A DNA stretch of 64,000 nt, taken from assembly GCA_017992555.1 (NCBI GenBank), contig JAGOOK010000003.1, positions 15,776-79,775 of the forward strand, in the 5' to 3' direction. The notes beneath the pieces were generated by a model. The model was given only the letters and a program-made list of their open reading frames with translations. It was not told where the DNA came from and searched no databases. Origin of the DNA: Caldisericia bacterium (GTDB lineage: Bacteria > Caldisericota > Caldisericia > JAAYUI01). The position numbers and the translations under genes are program-made. This document shows positions 63,452 through 64,000 of this stretch, piece after piece. The stretch's first letter is position 1, and each line of letters opens with the position of its first letter.

Positions 63452-63479
63452 TTGACAGAAAAGGCCTCTAGGCTAGAAT
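63452..63479 (+). promoter_or_regulatory. Sigma70-like promoter in the divergent GcvH-like intergenic region
   Basis: TTGACA-16 nt-TAGAAT. The -10 overlaps the ATG at 63478, so the real start of the downstream ORF may be the in-frame GTG at 63487. Confidence 0.35.
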
Positions 63480-63849
63480 GCGAAACGTGAACAATATTGA
63501 ATTGTACATAGAAATTGACGATTGTTGGGTCGGTCAGTGCGGTCCGGAATTTTATATTGGCCTGCTTCCCTCAACCATGGACAAGATCGGAAACGTGACC
63601 TTTGTAGACAGGATTCCCATCGGCAAGATATTGTCAAAAGGTGCAATAATCGGAATATTGGAAACATCAAAACTTGGTGATTGGCCTTTGAAGTCGCCCG
63701 TTAATGCTCTTGTACTTGCTTTTAATGATAAATTGAACAAAAATCCATCACTTTGTACTACAAGTGATATGGATGAAAACTGGATTGTGAAGTGTAAAGT
63801 CCAGGGCATATCAACGATCTCTGATCTTGGCGAAGCCAAGACGCGATAA
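63478..63849 (+). CDS. Divergent glycine-cleavage H-protein family paralog 2
   Basis: 123 aa. GNVTFVDRIPIGKILSKGAIIGILETSKLGDWPLKSPVNALVLAFNDKL aligns to the GcvH lipoyl-Lys region, but the N-terminal HEW-type motif is absent. Confidence 0.6.
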   Translation: MRNVNNIELYIEIDDCWVGQCGPEFYIGLLPSTMDKIGNVTFVDRIPIGKILSKGAIIGILETSKLGDWPLKSPVNALVLAFNDKLNKNPSLCTTSDMDENWIVKCKVQGISTISDLGEAKTR

Positions 63850-63864
63850 ACACAGGAGGAAAAT

Positions 63865-64000
63865 ATGAAAGTTTATTACACGAAAACAGACGAATACGTT
63901 AAAGTAGACGGCGACACAGCCATTGTTGGCATCACCGAATATGCCCAGCATCATTTGGGTGATATAATCTTTGTCGACAAGATTGCCGTTGGAAAACAGG
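63865..64000 (+). CDS. gcvH: Glycine cleavage system H protein, N-terminal fragment (runs off window)
   Basis: AGGAGGA SD, then [44 protein letters not shown], a canonical GcvH N-terminus. Confidence 0.8.
   Translation, partial: MKVYYTKTDEYVKVDGDTAIVGITEYAQHHLGDIIFVDKIAVGKQ

Overview
This is a 64-kb stretch of a compact, gene-dense bacterial chromosome. The taxon cannot be named from sequence alone. An anaerobe-type lifestyle is suggested by porGDAB, QueH, an archaeal-type AspRS and a class-V SerC. I can support about 60 protein genes and six tRNAs: Gly-CCC, Cys-GCA, Leu-TAA, Ser-GCT, Arg-ACG and Ser-CGA. I see no rRNA, no CRISPR array, and no recognisable transposase or integrase. From 1 to about 49.7 kb the content is mainly housekeeping: porGDAB, a Sir2 deacetylase, mrr, pth, a serC-serA-DUF1015 operon, gpmI, minDE, scpAB, trpS, a DHH-CBS-CCA-type nucleotidyltransferase, aspS, miaB, ynbB, yjbQ, tsaB-rimI-tsaD, a two-component pair, nadCBA, ruvB, queH, rdgB-rph, a giant SH3b/amidase wall hydrolase, smpB, gltX, tadA and a yhaM-like gene. 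Neighbouring genes very often overlap by 1-4 nt (TAATG, ATGA, TGATG), and several convergent pairs overlap at their 3' ends. After tRNA-Ser(CGA), from 49.8 to 64 kb, the region looks accessory. It holds an AT-rich orphan gene, a RibD_C reductase, a DUF559 (Vsr-like) endonuclease bracketed by hairpin-containing direct repeats, PAS and VOC genes, and a 1225-aa Ser/Thr kinase-AAA-TPR protein with a divergent PP2C phosphatase. The most interesting item is a five-gene overlapping minus-strand operon at 57290..63373. There, a PqqD-fused radical SAM/SPASM enzyme directly follows an 878-aa DUF2207-like membrane protein whose cytoplasmic C-terminus is a 54-aa (A-C-H-S)n tail with 13 Cys and 11 His. The operon begins with a GcvH-like gene and lies beside two further GcvH paralogs. 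I interpret this as a candidate protein-tethered, RiPP-like CXXX-repeat modification system. All calls rest on reading the ORF translations and the DNA by eye; no database search was possible.
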